DNA of 64,000 nt from Minisyncoccota bacterium (GCA_041664285.1 JBAYLA010000004.1:3171-67170), one strand, 5' to 3'; numbered from the stretch's first letter, positions 49,211-58,848 are shown. The notes: generated by a model not told the origin, from the letters alone. Numbers and translations are program-made.

Positions 49211-49223
49211 AATAATATATTAT

Positions 49224-49255
49224 AAATAAAATCCCCCTTTCGGGGGATTTTATTT
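49224..49255 (-). terminator. Intrinsic terminator between khpA and trmD
   Basis: aaataaaatccccc-GAAA-gggggattttattt. Confidence 0.75.
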
Positions 49256-49604
49256 AGATTCCTTTTAGATCTTCCATTGCTTGATCTACGGTCTTCATCG
49301 TTGGAGCAGAATTTACATGCCCCACAGATCCCATAGGTCTTTCTGGTCTAACACTTCCCTCTGGTTCATTGATTTTTAGATTTACGCGAGCATTATTCTT
49401 CATACCAATAATGCGAAGCAGAGTACGAATAGCTTTTGCCGTATTTCCCATTCTTCCGATAATCTTGCCCATATCAGCAGGATTGACGGTTAGGGTTATA
49501 AGGACTCCCATTTCGTCTAAAGTACGATCAATCTTCACATCATTTGGATTGTCGACGAGTGCCTTAACCACGTATTCTAGAAATGTCTTGTCAGCTTCTT
49601 CCAT
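49254..49604 (-). CDS. khpA: KH-domain RNA-binding protein KhpA (YlqC)
   Basis: LVD.P..V, DMGKIIGR.G.TAKAIRTLL; located between rpsP and trmD. Confidence 0.9.
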   Translation of the reverse strand: MEEADKTFLEYVVKALVDNPNDVKIDRTLDEMGVLITLTVNPADMGKIIGRMGNTAKAIRTLLRIIGMKNNARVNLKINEPEGSVRPERPMGSVGHVNSAPTMKTVDQAMEDLKGI

Positions 49605-49688
49605 AATGTTTTCAGAATTTATATTTTTAATCTTTTACTAATCTTTGCAGCATAACGACCGAATGACTGCTCCAATAATTATACAAAA

Positions 49689-50009
49689 TTATTTTTTAGC
49701 TTTCAACTCCTTACGCTTAACTGTTGGCTTCTTTTTAGGTAATACGTTTATTTTTTTACCAGAAATGATATTGTCGTGCACTAAAAAATTATGCATTGTC
49801 TCGGAACATTTTGCACCCTTACTCATCCAATATTTGATTCTATCGGCATTCAAATTCTTCTTCGCTCCATCTTCTTTGGCTTTGGGATTATAAGTCCCTA
49901 ATATTTCCAAAAACCTTCCGCTTTTGGTACTATTTTTTGAATCAGTCAAAACAGCCCGAAACGACGGATCATTTTTTCTACCTATTCTCTGAAGTCTTAT
50001 TTTTAACAT
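49689..50009 (-). CDS. rpsP: 30S ribosomal protein S16
   Basis: MLKIRLQRIGRK..P.FR, E.LGTYNP, W...GA. Confidence 0.96.
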   Translation of the reverse strand: MLKIRLQRIGRKNDPSFRAVLTDSKNSTKSGRFLEILGTYNPKAKEDGAKKNLNADRIKYWMSKGAKCSETMHNFLVHDNIISGKKINVLPKKKPTVKRKELKAKK

Positions 50010-50015
50010 AGGAAT

Positions 50016-50069
50016 AGCTTATCATAAAAACTTTAAAAAGCAATACAATCTATCTTTTTATGTTATATT
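50016..50069. promoter_or_regulatory. Divergent leaderless promoters of rpsP and rnr
   Basis: Minus strand TGaTAAGCT-6 nt-ATG(50009); plus strand TGtTATATT-6 nt-GTG(50076). Confidence 0.65.
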
Positions 50070-50075
50070 GATAGA

Positions 50076-52055
50076 GTGAAACACCGAATAAAGAGAAAAA
50101 GAAATAACATAGAAAGCACCGCCCGTAGAGCTGCCGCCGAGGGGTCTAAGGTTAAGGGAATTATATCTATATCTTCCAAAGGAACAGGGTATGTTGCAAC
50201 AGGAGCAGAGAAAGATAAAGGGCAAGATCCTGAGGTTGGTTTTAAACATTTAAATACTGCCCTACATGGAGACTTAGTAGAAATACTATTACACCCCAAA
50301 AGCCAAGGACGGCAAACTGGAGAGGTGCTAAAAATAATCAATCGTGCAAAAACTCGTTTTGCGGGGATATTAGAAATGGACGATAAATTATTTTTTCTCA
50401 AACCAGACGACCTAAAGATGTATACGGATATTTTAATACCGAATGAATTTCTAAATGGGGCTTTAGCAGGTCAAAAAGTTTTTGTGGAAATGGTCTCGTG
50501 GAAAGATTCTCGCAAAGCTCCAGAAGGAAAAGTAATAAAAATTTTAGGAAAACCCGGCAATAACAATACCGAAATGCAGGCAATTGCGATAGAAAAGGGT
50601 TTCGATTCAGAACTTCCAAATAAAGTAGAAGAAGAAGCAAAAAAAATAAAACGAGAAGGAATTAAGGAAAGTGATTATAAAGATCGTCGTGACTTTAGAA
50701 AAACACTAACTTTTACAATTGACCCAATAGACGCAAAAGATTTTGATGACGCTATATCATTTAAAGAACTAGACAATGATCCGGCAGATGGCGGAGTAAG
50801 ATATGAAATAGGTATACACATCGCAGACGTAACACACTATGTCAAAGTTGGCAGTGCATTGGATGAAGAAGCGCGCGAAAGAGGAACTTCCGTTTATTTA
50901 GTAGATAGAACAATCCCAATGCTCCCGGAAATTCTCTCAAATGATTTGTGCAGTCTAGTCCCAAATAAAGATCGACTCACAATGAGTGCAGTTTTTATTG
51001 TTGATAAAAATGCAAAGGTAAAAAGTGAGTGGTTCGGACACACAATCATACATTCACAAAAAAGATTTACCTATGATGAAGCAGAGAAAACAATAAAAAA
51101 CAAAATGGCTCCCTTTTATAAAGAGTTTTCAACTTTAAATGACTTAGCAAGGAAATTAACAAAGAAAAGATTTGAACAAGGAGCAATGTCCCTTGAACAA
51201 GCAGAAGTCAAATTTATACTGGACCCTAATGGAGTGCCAATCAAAGTAATTAAAAAAGAACGGGGCGACTCAGAGAAATTAGTTGAAGAATTTATGCTTT
51301 TAGCGAATAGAAAGGTGGCAGAAGTCCTTTCTAAAAATATTTCTCTCTATCGTATTCATGATTTTCCAAGTAAAGAAAAAATGATTGACTTAGCCTTTTT
51401 CTTAAGAAGTTTAGGACACAAAGTTTCAATCCAAGATGGAGTTATCCCAACTAATGAAATAAATAAATTACTTTTAAGTTTGGCTAATAAAGATACTATG
51501 AGTGATACAGTCAACCGTGCAGTGATACGATCAATGGCTAAAGCAGTTTATTCTACAAAAAATATAGGACATTACGGCTTGGCTTTTGCTTATTATACTC
51601 ATTTTACTTCCCCAATCAGACGCTATCCAGACATCATTGTACACAGGCTTCTTCTTGATTATTTAGCTGGCAAAAAAGTGGAAAAAGAAAAACTGCATGA
51701 ATATGAAAAGATTGCGAGAATTTCATCTGAACAAGAAAAACGTGCATCTGAAGCTGAACGTATGTCTGTAAAATATAAACAGGTAGAATATATGTCTAAG
51801 CGTTTAGGAAAAGTTTTTGAGGGAGTGATAAGTGGTATAAATGAATGGGGTATCTATGTAGAAGAAATAGAAACAAAATGTGAAGGGCTTGTACGAGTAC
51901 GAGAAATGAAGGACGACTTCTATATTTTTAATGAAAAGAAATTAGAATTAATTGGACAAAAAAAGAAAAAAAGATATAGGCTCGGTGATAAATTAAAAAT
52001 AAAAGTAAAAGCAGTTGATTTAGAAAGAAAAACAATTGATTATGTTTTAGTATAA
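50076..52055 (+). CDS. rnr: Ribonuclease R
   Basis: TIDP.DAKDFDDA, HIADV, RGTSVYL, EEFMLLAN, HFTSPIRRYPD, C-terminal S1 domain. Confidence 0.95.
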   Translation: MKHRIKRKRNNIESTARRAAAEGSKVKGIISISSKGTGYVATGAEKDKGQDPEVGFKHLNTALHGDLVEILLHPKSQGRQTGEVLKIINRAKTRFAGILEMDDKLFFLKPDDLKMYTDILIPNEFLNGALAGQKVFVEMVSWKDSRKAPEGKVIKILGKPGNNNTEMQAIAIEKGFDSELPNKVEEEAKKIKREGIKESDYKDRRDFRKTLTFTIDPIDAKDFDDAISFKELDNDPADGGVRYEIGIHIADVTHYVKVGSALDEEARERGTSVYLVDRTIPMLPEILSNDLCSLVPNKDRLTMSAVFIVDKNAKVKSEWFGHTIIHSQKRFTYDEAEKTIKNKMAPFYKEFSTLNDLARKLTKKRFEQGAMSLEQAEVKFILDPNGVPIKVIKKERGDSEKLVEEFMLLANRKVAEVLSKNISLYRIHDFPSKEKMIDLAFFLRSLGHKVSIQDGVIPTNEINKLLLSLANKDTMSDTVNRAVIRSMAKAVYSTKNIGHYGLAFAYYTHFTSPIRRYPDIIVHRLLLDYLAGKKVEKEKLHEYEKIARISSEQEKRASEAERMSVKYKQVEYMSKRLGKVFEGVISGINEWGIYVEEIETKCEGLVRVREMKDDFYIFNEKKLELIGQKKKKRYRLGDKLKIKVKAVDLERKTIDYVLV

Positions 52056-52057
52056 AA

Positions 52058-53986
52058 ATGTCAAAGCCAAAAATAAAATTAATATTTTGGATACTACCTC
52101 CAATAATCCTGGGTATTTTTTTCGCATCGTTTCTTTTTAAGAGTAGTGCTTATCTAAAAATACTACAACCAAAAAATAATACGGCCACCGTCATACAACT
52201 TATCCCACCGGAAACAATTAGTAGCGCAACTAAATCTCAATATTTTTATATCAATAAAGACACCAACGGACAACCAAAAATTTCAGCCAAGGCCTTTTTG
52301 GTCGGAGATTTAAATACTGGAGAAGTAATCCTCTCAAAAAATCAAGATCAGAAATTTCCAATCGCTTCTGTTTCTAAACTTATGACAGCTTTAGTCACAA
52401 AAGAAATATCGACCGAAGAAGACAATACAAAAATCACTAAAACGGCCTTAGCGACAGAAGGTCAAAACGGCGAACTAAAATTAGGAGAAAAAATAAAAAT
52501 CTCTGACCTGCTCTATCCCCTTCTTTTAGAATCAAGTAATGATGCAGCCGAAGCGCTTGCGGAATATTTCGACCGAAATAGTTTTATTTCGAAAATGAAC
52601 CAACAGGCAGAAAAATTACAAATGACTTCAACCTCTTTTGGTGATCCAAGTGGACTCTCTTTTCAAAATCAATCAACTCCTTCCGACCTTTTCAAATTAA
52701 CCGGGTATTTAATCCAACAACAACCAGATTTATTTAAAGTTACAACAAAAAGAAGTTATTCAAATAAAAAACACAACTGGTCAAATATAAGTCAATTTCT
52801 TGGTAAAAATGGTTATTTAGGTGGAAAAAGTGGGTATACAGATCCTGCCAAACAAACAGTTGTGTCTCTTTTCAATCTTCCTCTTGGACAAAACGGCCTT
52901 CGCCCCATCGCCATTACCCTTCTGCAGAGTGAGGACCGTAAAAAAGACGTAGAAACTATTTTAAAATATTTAAATAAAAATATATATTATGGCGGAGAAG
53001 CCGATGCTAATACTAATTGGGTACAAGAAAAAATTGGGATGCCAGATATTAAAGATCCGAATTTCGTGACCCTCACTTTCGCCGGCGACATAATGCTTGA
53101 TCGCGGAGTAGAAAATTCAGTTATCAAAAATTTTAATAATGATTATTCTGCGCTTTTTGAAAAAACATCCATCCTAAAAGAATCTGACATCGTTTTTGCA
53201 AATCTAGAAGGTACTGTCTCCGACAAAGGAGTTGACCAGAAAAATTTATATTCTTTTAGAATGAGCCCAGCTGTTATTCCAGCCTTAAAGGGTGCAGGTA
53301 TTGATATTTTGTCAGTAGCCAATAATCATGTTGGAGATTGGGGAAATAGTGCTTTCGTTGATACCCTAGCAAGATTGAAAGAAAATGAAATTCTTTATAC
53401 TGGCGGAGGAAATACAAAATTGGAATCTGAGACACCGACGATTATTGAAAAATATGGAACAAAAATCGGCTTTCTTGCATTTTCGGATGTAGGGCCAAAC
53501 TGGATGGAAGCAAAAGTTGATAAGGCTGGTTTACTCTTGACCAACAATCCACGTTTTGATGAAATAATTCAAAATGCATCAAAGCAAGTTGATTACTTAA
53601 TAGTTTCATTTCATTTTGGTGATGAATATAAAGCAAAACATAATGCAAGACAAGAATCTCTAGCTCATCGAGCAGTTGATAATGGTGCGAAAATTATCAT
53701 CGGAAGTCATCCACATGTCATAGAAGATACGGAAGTTTACAGCCCAAAAGATTGCACTCAAAGTTCGTGTATGAGTTTTATTGCCTACTCACTCGGCAAT
53801 TTCGTTTTTGATCAATCGTGGAGCAAACCAACCATGCAAGGTATGCTTTTAGAATTAAAATTATTTAAAGATGGTTCGATTGTTGTTAGAAAAGATATAA
53901 CCCAACTAAATTCTGTTTTTCAAATAAGCAATATAACAAAAGGCAAAGAAGAGAGAGTAAAATTTCAGGAAATAAAAACAAATTAA
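52058..53986 (+). CDS. Fusion of D-alanyl-D-alanine carboxypeptidase (S11) and CapA-family metallophosphatase domains
   Basis: SVSK, SSND, KSG motifs, then GDIMLDR, NLEG, ANNH, GSHPH, YSLGNF. Confidence 0.88.
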   Translation: MSKPKIKLIFWILPPIILGIFFASFLFKSSAYLKILQPKNNTATVIQLIPPETISSATKSQYFYINKDTNGQPKISAKAFLVGDLNTGEVILSKNQDQKFPIASVSKLMTALVTKEISTEEDNTKITKTALATEGQNGELKLGEKIKISDLLYPLLLESSNDAAEALAEYFDRNSFISKMNQQAEKLQMTSTSFGDPSGLSFQNQSTPSDLFKLTGYLIQQQPDLFKVTTKRSYSNKKHNWSNISQFLGKNGYLGGKSGYTDPAKQTVVSLFNLPLGQNGLRPIAITLLQSEDRKKDVETILKYLNKNIYYGGEADANTNWVQEKIGMPDIKDPNFVTLTFAGDIMLDRGVENSVIKNFNNDYSALFEKTSILKESDIVFANLEGTVSDKGVDQKNLYSFRMSPAVIPALKGAGIDILSVANNHVGDWGNSAFVDTLARLKENEILYTGGGNTKLESETPTIIEKYGTKIGFLAFSDVGPNWMEAKVDKAGLLLTNNPRFDEIIQNASKQVDYLIVSFHFGDEYKAKHNARQESLAHRAVDNGAKIIIGSHPHVIEDTEVYSPKDCTQSSCMSFIAYSLGNFVFDQSWSKPTMQGMLLELKLFKDGSIVVRKDITQLNSVFQISNITKGKEERVKFQEIKTN

Positions 53987-54555
53987 TACCCAGCTTCTGT
54001 AAGTAATTTTTTTAATAAATGAATAGGCATACCTGCGACACTGTCTTCTGTTCCTTCAATTTTTTTTACATAAGGCTCTAGAACTGTGTCTTGAATACCA
54101 AACCCACCGGCGCGCGTAAGTGGTTGATTTTTTTTTATGAAATTTTCAATTACAGTATTTGGTATATGTTTAAAAAATATTTTTACCTTATCAACCCCGT
54201 TATATCTTTTACCAGTTCTAGTATTAACCACCACTACTGCACAAATTGATTCAGGTACTCCACCTGTATTATAGTGATCAAAAAATATGCGTGCTTCTTT
54301 TTCATCTATCGGTTTTTCATAAAGTTTCCCTTCGTAAACAACAACTTGATCTAAGGCAATAACAAAAGCTGGTTCTTTTACTCTAGCAACCAAAGCATCA
54401 GCTTTAGCATGAGCTAAAATTAAGGGTCTTTCGTACGGATCATTTGTTTTGATTAATTTCTCATCAATATCAGGCGCTAATACATCAAAAACATATCCTG
54501 CTTTTTCCAGAATATCTTTTCTATATTTTGAAGATGAACCAAGAATCAATTTCAT
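53983..54555 (-). CDS. maf: Maf family nucleotide pyrophosphatase
   Basis: LILGSSS..R..IL, IDEK, DQVV, EKP, AGGF.IQ, GMP. Confidence 0.92.
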   Translation of the reverse strand: MKLILGSSSKYRKDILEKAGYVFDVLAPDIDEKLIKTNDPYERPLILAHAKADALVARVKEPAFVIALDQVVVYEGKLYEKPIDEKEARIFFDHYNTGGVPESICAVVVVNTRTGKRYNGVDKVKIFFKHIPNTVIENFIKKNQPLTRAGGFGIQDTVLEPYVKKIEGTEDSVAGMPIHLLKKLLTEAGY

Positions 54556-54562
54556 AAATTAT

Positions 54563-56803
54563 CTACTTTGCAATCTGGGTGGCTTCTTCAAACTTTACAG
54601 AGAGAAGTTTGGAAGCTTCGTCTCTCCCAATAGTAACGCCATAAAGAACCCCAGCCCGGGACATCGTCTCGCGATTATGTGTAACAACAATAAGCTGAGA
54701 ATGTTTTGAAAGTTTTTCTAACATATCTCCATATTTTCTAGAATTTGCTTCGTCTAAGGCTGCATCTGTTTCATCAAGCACTAGGAAAGGTGGTGGATTA
54801 ACTTGCGACATAGCGAAAAGTAAAGCAATAGAAGTAAGTGATCTTTCCCCTCCTGAGAAAGCATGAAGTTCTTTTACTTTTTTATGTGGCAAAGAAACAT
54901 TTATTTCTATTCCTTTTTCAACCACAACCTCTTCCTCTTCTTCTAATTTTTCTTCATCATCTAAATCTTCATCATTAGCTTCAGTATTTTTCCTCTTTTT
55001 GATTTCAACAATAGAAAGTGCCCCATGCCCACCACCAAACATTAATGAAAAAAATTCTTGAAATTCTACATTAATTTTTTTCACACCCTCCTTGAACTCT
55101 ATGTCTATTTTTTCCTTTAAATCTGAAATAAGTTTTTGCAAAGATTCAATACTTCTCTCTAGGTCTTCCATTTCTTTCATTAAAAATTGATCCCTCTCAG
55201 AAACTTCTTTAAATTCTTTCATTATTTCTGCCCCATTGCCAAGTCCTGTGTCTTCTAATTTTATTTTTATACGTTCAATTTTTCTTTTTAAATTTTCTTG
55301 AGTATTTTCTACTTTTTCCTCTTCTATTTCATAATTTTTATAAGACAAAACTTCTTGCCCAATCAAGGCAGCGCCTTCTTTTATCTCATTTTGAAAAGCC
55401 TCTGCTCTTCCTTTCAAATTCTCTTCTTTAATAGCCACCAATTCTAATTGTGATGTCAATTCTTGATGCCTAACTTTAAATTGAAACTTCTCTCGCTCCA
55501 AGTCACGCAAGGCTTCCATTTCTTTATTTATCTCTTGCTTTAATAATTCTATTGATTGAATTATTTCTTTTTCTTTATTTTCAATTCCTTTCATTTCTTC
55601 TAGGATCCCTTCTTCTATTTTCTTCAGTTTTTCTATTTCTAAATTATGATTTGATTCATCTTTGTCACTTGGAGAGAATTTCTTTAAAATATTCTTAATA
55701 CTTTCCAAGACTGGTTTGATTTCCTCTATACTTTCTTTCAAAAAAGCCAATTCAATAGAATTATTTATTTCGCCAATTATATTTTTTATTTCTTCCTGAG
55801 AAATTTCCACAAATAAAGATTTTTGTTCTTTTCTATGCTCCTCCATTTCAACCATTCCCTCTATGCGCCCGAGCTTGCGTTCTATTTCACTTTTAACTCC
55901 TCGAAGAGAATTTAAACTCTCTTCGACTTTTCTAAGTTCTTCTATTTTCTTATTACCCTTGGTGTTATTGTTGTCTTCGGTATTTGAAATTTTACTATCT
56001 ACGACACTTAACTCTTCTTTTAATTTATTTCTTTCAGAAGAAAGGGTTTCTTTTTCTTGTTCTAAATAAACACTCTCTTTTTTAAGATATTCTCGATAAA
56101 GAGTTACTAATTCCACTTGCATCTCTTTTGTTTTTTCAAATTTTTCTACTTGTTTCTTTAAAAAATTAAGGTGCGGAGCATTTTCCCGTCGCAAGAGAAC
56201 AACTTCTTTCATGTTTTCATTTGTTCGTTCTAATTTCCTCTCGGACTCTCTTATTTTATATTGATAAATTCGCAGTCCCAGAGCATCTTCTACCATCTCC
56301 TTTCTATCTCGTGCATTCGCATTTAAAATTCTATCTGCCTCACCTTGAGAAATAATATGATGCCCAGAAGAACCAATGTTAACCGAGGCCAACAAATTAT
56401 GAATATCTTTTAGTCTAACCTCCGTATTGTTTAAAATATATTTATTAAGTCCGTCAGAAAAAACTTCCCGAGAAATTGAGATAACATCATAATTTAAATT
56501 TATATCATCTCCGTTGTCATTCGCTAGTTTAAAAATTTTATCAACATTATTAAAATAAATAGTAACCACTGCGCGTGACCCTTTTGATAAATTTTTTGAT
56601 CCTTTAAAAACAAGATCAGAACCTCCCTTTCCACGCATGGACTTCATAGATTGCTCGCCCAAAACAAAACGAATAGCCTCTACCACATTCGACTTCCCAG
56701 ATCCATTTGGCCCTACAATAGAAACAATCGGGGTATTAAACTCCAAAACAGTTTTTTGAGCAAAAGACTTAAAACCATTGATTTGCAGTGTTTTTAATCG
56801 CAT
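54563..56803 (-). CDS. smc: SMC-family ATPase, unusually short
   Basis: GFKSF, GPNGSGKSN, ISQG, SGGE, LDETDAALDEAN, VTH; downstream of rnc. Confidence 0.9.
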   Translation of the reverse strand: MRLKTLQINGFKSFAQKTVLEFNTPIVSIVGPNGSGKSNVVEAIRFVLGEQSMKSMRGKGGSDLVFKGSKNLSKGSRAVVTIYFNNVDKIFKLANDNGDDINLNYDVISISREVFSDGLNKYILNNTEVRLKDIHNLLASVNIGSSGHHIISQGEADRILNANARDRKEMVEDALGLRIYQYKIRESERKLERTNENMKEVVLLRRENAPHLNFLKKQVEKFEKTKEMQVELVTLYREYLKKESVYLEQEKETLSSERNKLKEELSVVDSKISNTEDNNNTKGNKKIEELRKVEESLNSLRGVKSEIERKLGRIEGMVEMEEHRKEQKSLFVEISQEEIKNIIGEINNSIELAFLKESIEEIKPVLESIKNILKKFSPSDKDESNHNLEIEKLKKIEEGILEEMKGIENKEKEIIQSIELLKQEINKEMEALRDLEREKFQFKVRHQELTSQLELVAIKEENLKGRAEAFQNEIKEGAALIGQEVLSYKNYEIEEEKVENTQENLKRKIERIKIKLEDTGLGNGAEIMKEFKEVSERDQFLMKEMEDLERSIESLQKLISDLKEKIDIEFKEGVKKINVEFQEFFSLMFGGGHGALSIVEIKKRKNTEANDEDLDDEEKLEEEEEVVVEKGIEINVSLPHKKVKELHAFSGGERSLTSIALLFAMSQVNPPPFLVLDETDAALDEANSRKYGDMLEKLSKHSQLIVVTHNRETMSRAGVLYGVTIGRDEASKLLSVKFEEATQIAK

Positions 56804-56812
56804 TATCTTATT

Positions 56813-57508
56813 TTAATCAACCCAATTTTTTATTTTTAATGCAGCTAAAGCAGCACTCTGTTCCGCTTCTTGCTTGCTTCCCCCTTTACCTTCTGCTATC
56901 AAATCTTTCCCAAAATAAATACCAACAGTAAAATGTTTATCATGATCAGGCCCTGACTGATGTAAAACTTTATACAGAGGGGTAACTAAAACAAATTCTT
57001 GTGCTTTTTCTTGCACCAAGGACTTCGCATCACGCCAAAGTTTTTTGTTTACTATTTCTTCTGTCTTCGGCAAGAGAGTTTGGGTCACAAACTTATCCAC
57101 CACTTCATATCCTTGATCTAAATACATTGCTCCAATAAATGCTTCATAAGTATTGGCTAAAATATATTGCCTGGCTTTACCGAAATCTTTCGCTTCACCT
57201 TTGGATAAAAGTAAATAATCATTCATTCCTAATTTTGAAGCAAGTTCAGAAATAATAACAGCATTAACAAGAGCAGAACGAAGAGCGGTTAACTTTCCTT
57301 CTGGGTAGTTTGGATACTTTTTATAAAGAAAATCTGTGACGATAAGCTCAAGAACCGCATCACCTAAAAATTCCAAACGTTCATTATGAGAAATATCCAC
57401 TTTTGGATTTTCATTAATATAAGAACGGTGCGTAAAAGATTGTTTGAGCAAATTTTTGTCTTTAAAAATTACTTTTATTTTTTTTTCAAACTCTGAAAAT
57501 TGTATCAT
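56813..57508 (-). CDS. rnc: Ribonuclease III
   Basis: NERLEFLGDAVL; dsRBD GPDH.K.F, SKQEAEQ. Confidence 0.97.
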   Translation of the reverse strand: MIQFSEFEKKIKVIFKDKNLLKQSFTHRSYINENPKVDISHNERLEFLGDAVLELIVTDFLYKKYPNYPEGKLTALRSALVNAVIISELASKLGMNDYLLLSKGEAKDFGKARQYILANTYEAFIGAMYLDQGYEVVDKFVTQTLLPKTEEIVNKKLWRDAKSLVQEKAQEFVLVTPLYKVLHQSGPDHDKHFTVGIYFGKDLIAEGKGGSKQEAEQSAALAALKIKNWVD

Positions 57509-57548
57509 ACCAAATTTATATGAATATTAATGAATAATAAATTTGCGT

Positions 57549-57603
57549 ACCCTGTTAGATTTTGCCTACGGCAAAACCTCGCAAAGCGAGGATTTAACAG
57601 GGT
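57549..57603. repeat. Branched palindromic element family D, intergenic
   Basis: accctgttaga...tttaacagggt encloses two hairpins, ttttgcc-tac-ggcaaaa and cctcgc-aaa-gcgagg. Confidence 0.8.
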
Positions 57604-57629
57604 TTCTAAAAATGTATTCGCTTTGCTCA

Positions 57630-58550
57630 TCATTTTTTTGAAATAATTTCAATTGCTTTACTAAATAAAGGTATTATATCGTTGTAAATACGAAGTTCCG
57701 GAATAGCCGAAAGTGGAAACCACCGAGCTGCATCTAGCCCACCAGACTTTTCTAAAACAAGTTCTTTATGCTCACTCTTCGCTAAAAAATAAACTACCTT
57801 CTTTAAACTTTTTCCAGAGAGAGGATGAGTGGCCACATATTCATTCTCCCCCAATTTTTCTTCTATTTCAATATCTAATCCAATTTCTTCTTTGATTTCT
57901 CTCACAGTCGCATCCTCCTCTTTTTCACCCTTTTCAATACTTCCCTTACTAATAGTCCAGTATCCAAAAACATCGTGAACTAAAGCAAACATAATTTTAC
58001 CGTCTTTTTTGTTGTCTTCCCTGGCATAAACAAGCGCTCCCCCCTTTTTATCAATTGGTAATTTAGAAATATCTACTACCTCTTCGTGTTTCTTTTTTTT
58101 ACTAATTTGCTCTTTGCATGGCTCACCTATTTCTTTGTAAACTGCCCCCAGAACACCATTAACAAATTTACTAGAATTTTCTCCACCAAAAGTTTTTGCT
58201 AATTCTATAGCCTCATTGATGGCCACCTTTGGAGGAACTTCTTTGCGATCACCGAAAAGAAGTTCGGCTAAGCCGATTCTTAAAATATTTCTATCAATAA
58301 TAGAAATTTTATCAATAGGCCAGTCTGGAGCGGCCTTTTCTATGATTTCATCAATTACTCGTTGTTTTTTAATAACTTGATTTAATAGTGAAAATACAAA
58401 AACATCATCCTCGCAACCAGGAGCAAATTCTTTTAAATTTCTTTTTAGGACATTCTCAATGCTGTCTTTACTAGCTTTAATTCCCTCTGAAAAATCCCAC
58501 TCAAAAAGCGTCTGAAGAACTATTGATCTGGAAAGGTGCCGATTTGCCAT
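57630..58550 (-). CDS. nusB: Transcription antitermination factor NusB fused to a Nudix domain
   Basis: RH.SR...LQ.LFE, DRNILR, VAINEAIELAK.FG, FVNGVL; Nudix box GSIEKGEKEEDATVREIKEEIGL. Confidence 0.93.
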   Translation of the reverse strand: MANRHLSRSIVLQTLFEWDFSEGIKASKDSIENVLKRNLKEFAPGCEDDVFVFSLLNQVIKKQRVIDEIIEKAAPDWPIDKISIIDRNILRIGLAELLFGDRKEVPPKVAINEAIELAKTFGGENSSKFVNGVLGAVYKEIGEPCKEQISKKKKHEEVVDISKLPIDKKGGALVYAREDNKKDGKIMFALVHDVFGYWTISKGSIEKGEKEEDATVREIKEEIGLDIEIEEKLGENEYVATHPLSGKSLKKVVYFLAKSEHKELVLEKSGGLDAARWFPLSAIPELRIYNDIIPLFSKAIEIISKK

Positions 58551-58578
58551 AAATTAATGAACGAAATGAATATAATTT

Positions 58579-58615
58579 ATGAGCATCCCGAGCGCGCCTG
58601 CGCGAGGGGCGCCAT
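58579..58615. repeat. GC-rich intergenic hairpin (family B-related)
   Basis: Minus strand cccctcg-cgcaggcgc-gctcggga fits CCYYTCG-N-GCTCRGGA. Confidence 0.6.
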
Positions 58616-58617
58616 AA

Positions 58618-58848
58618 TTATTTACTTTCTTCTGCCTTTTTTGCTTTAGCTTTCTTTTGCTTCTTTTCTGTCTTTTTGATTAAGTCTAAAACTTTTTTAC
58701 CACGGTAAAAACCACAACCAGAACAAACTGTGTGTCGTCTTTTTAAAGCTTTGCAATTCTCACAATTAGAGAAACTCGTACTCTCCAAAGCATGGTGAGA
58801 ACGTCGGTTCTTTGTATGCGATTTTGTATGTCTCATTCGTACTACCAT
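58618..58848 (-). CDS. rpmF: 50S ribosomal protein L32
   Basis: RRSHHAL, CENC...RRH.VC..CG.YRG. Confidence 0.93.
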   Translation of the reverse strand: MVVRMRHTKSHTKNRRSHHALESTSFSNCENCKALKRRHTVCSGCGFYRGKKVLDLIKKTEKKQKKAKAKKAEESK

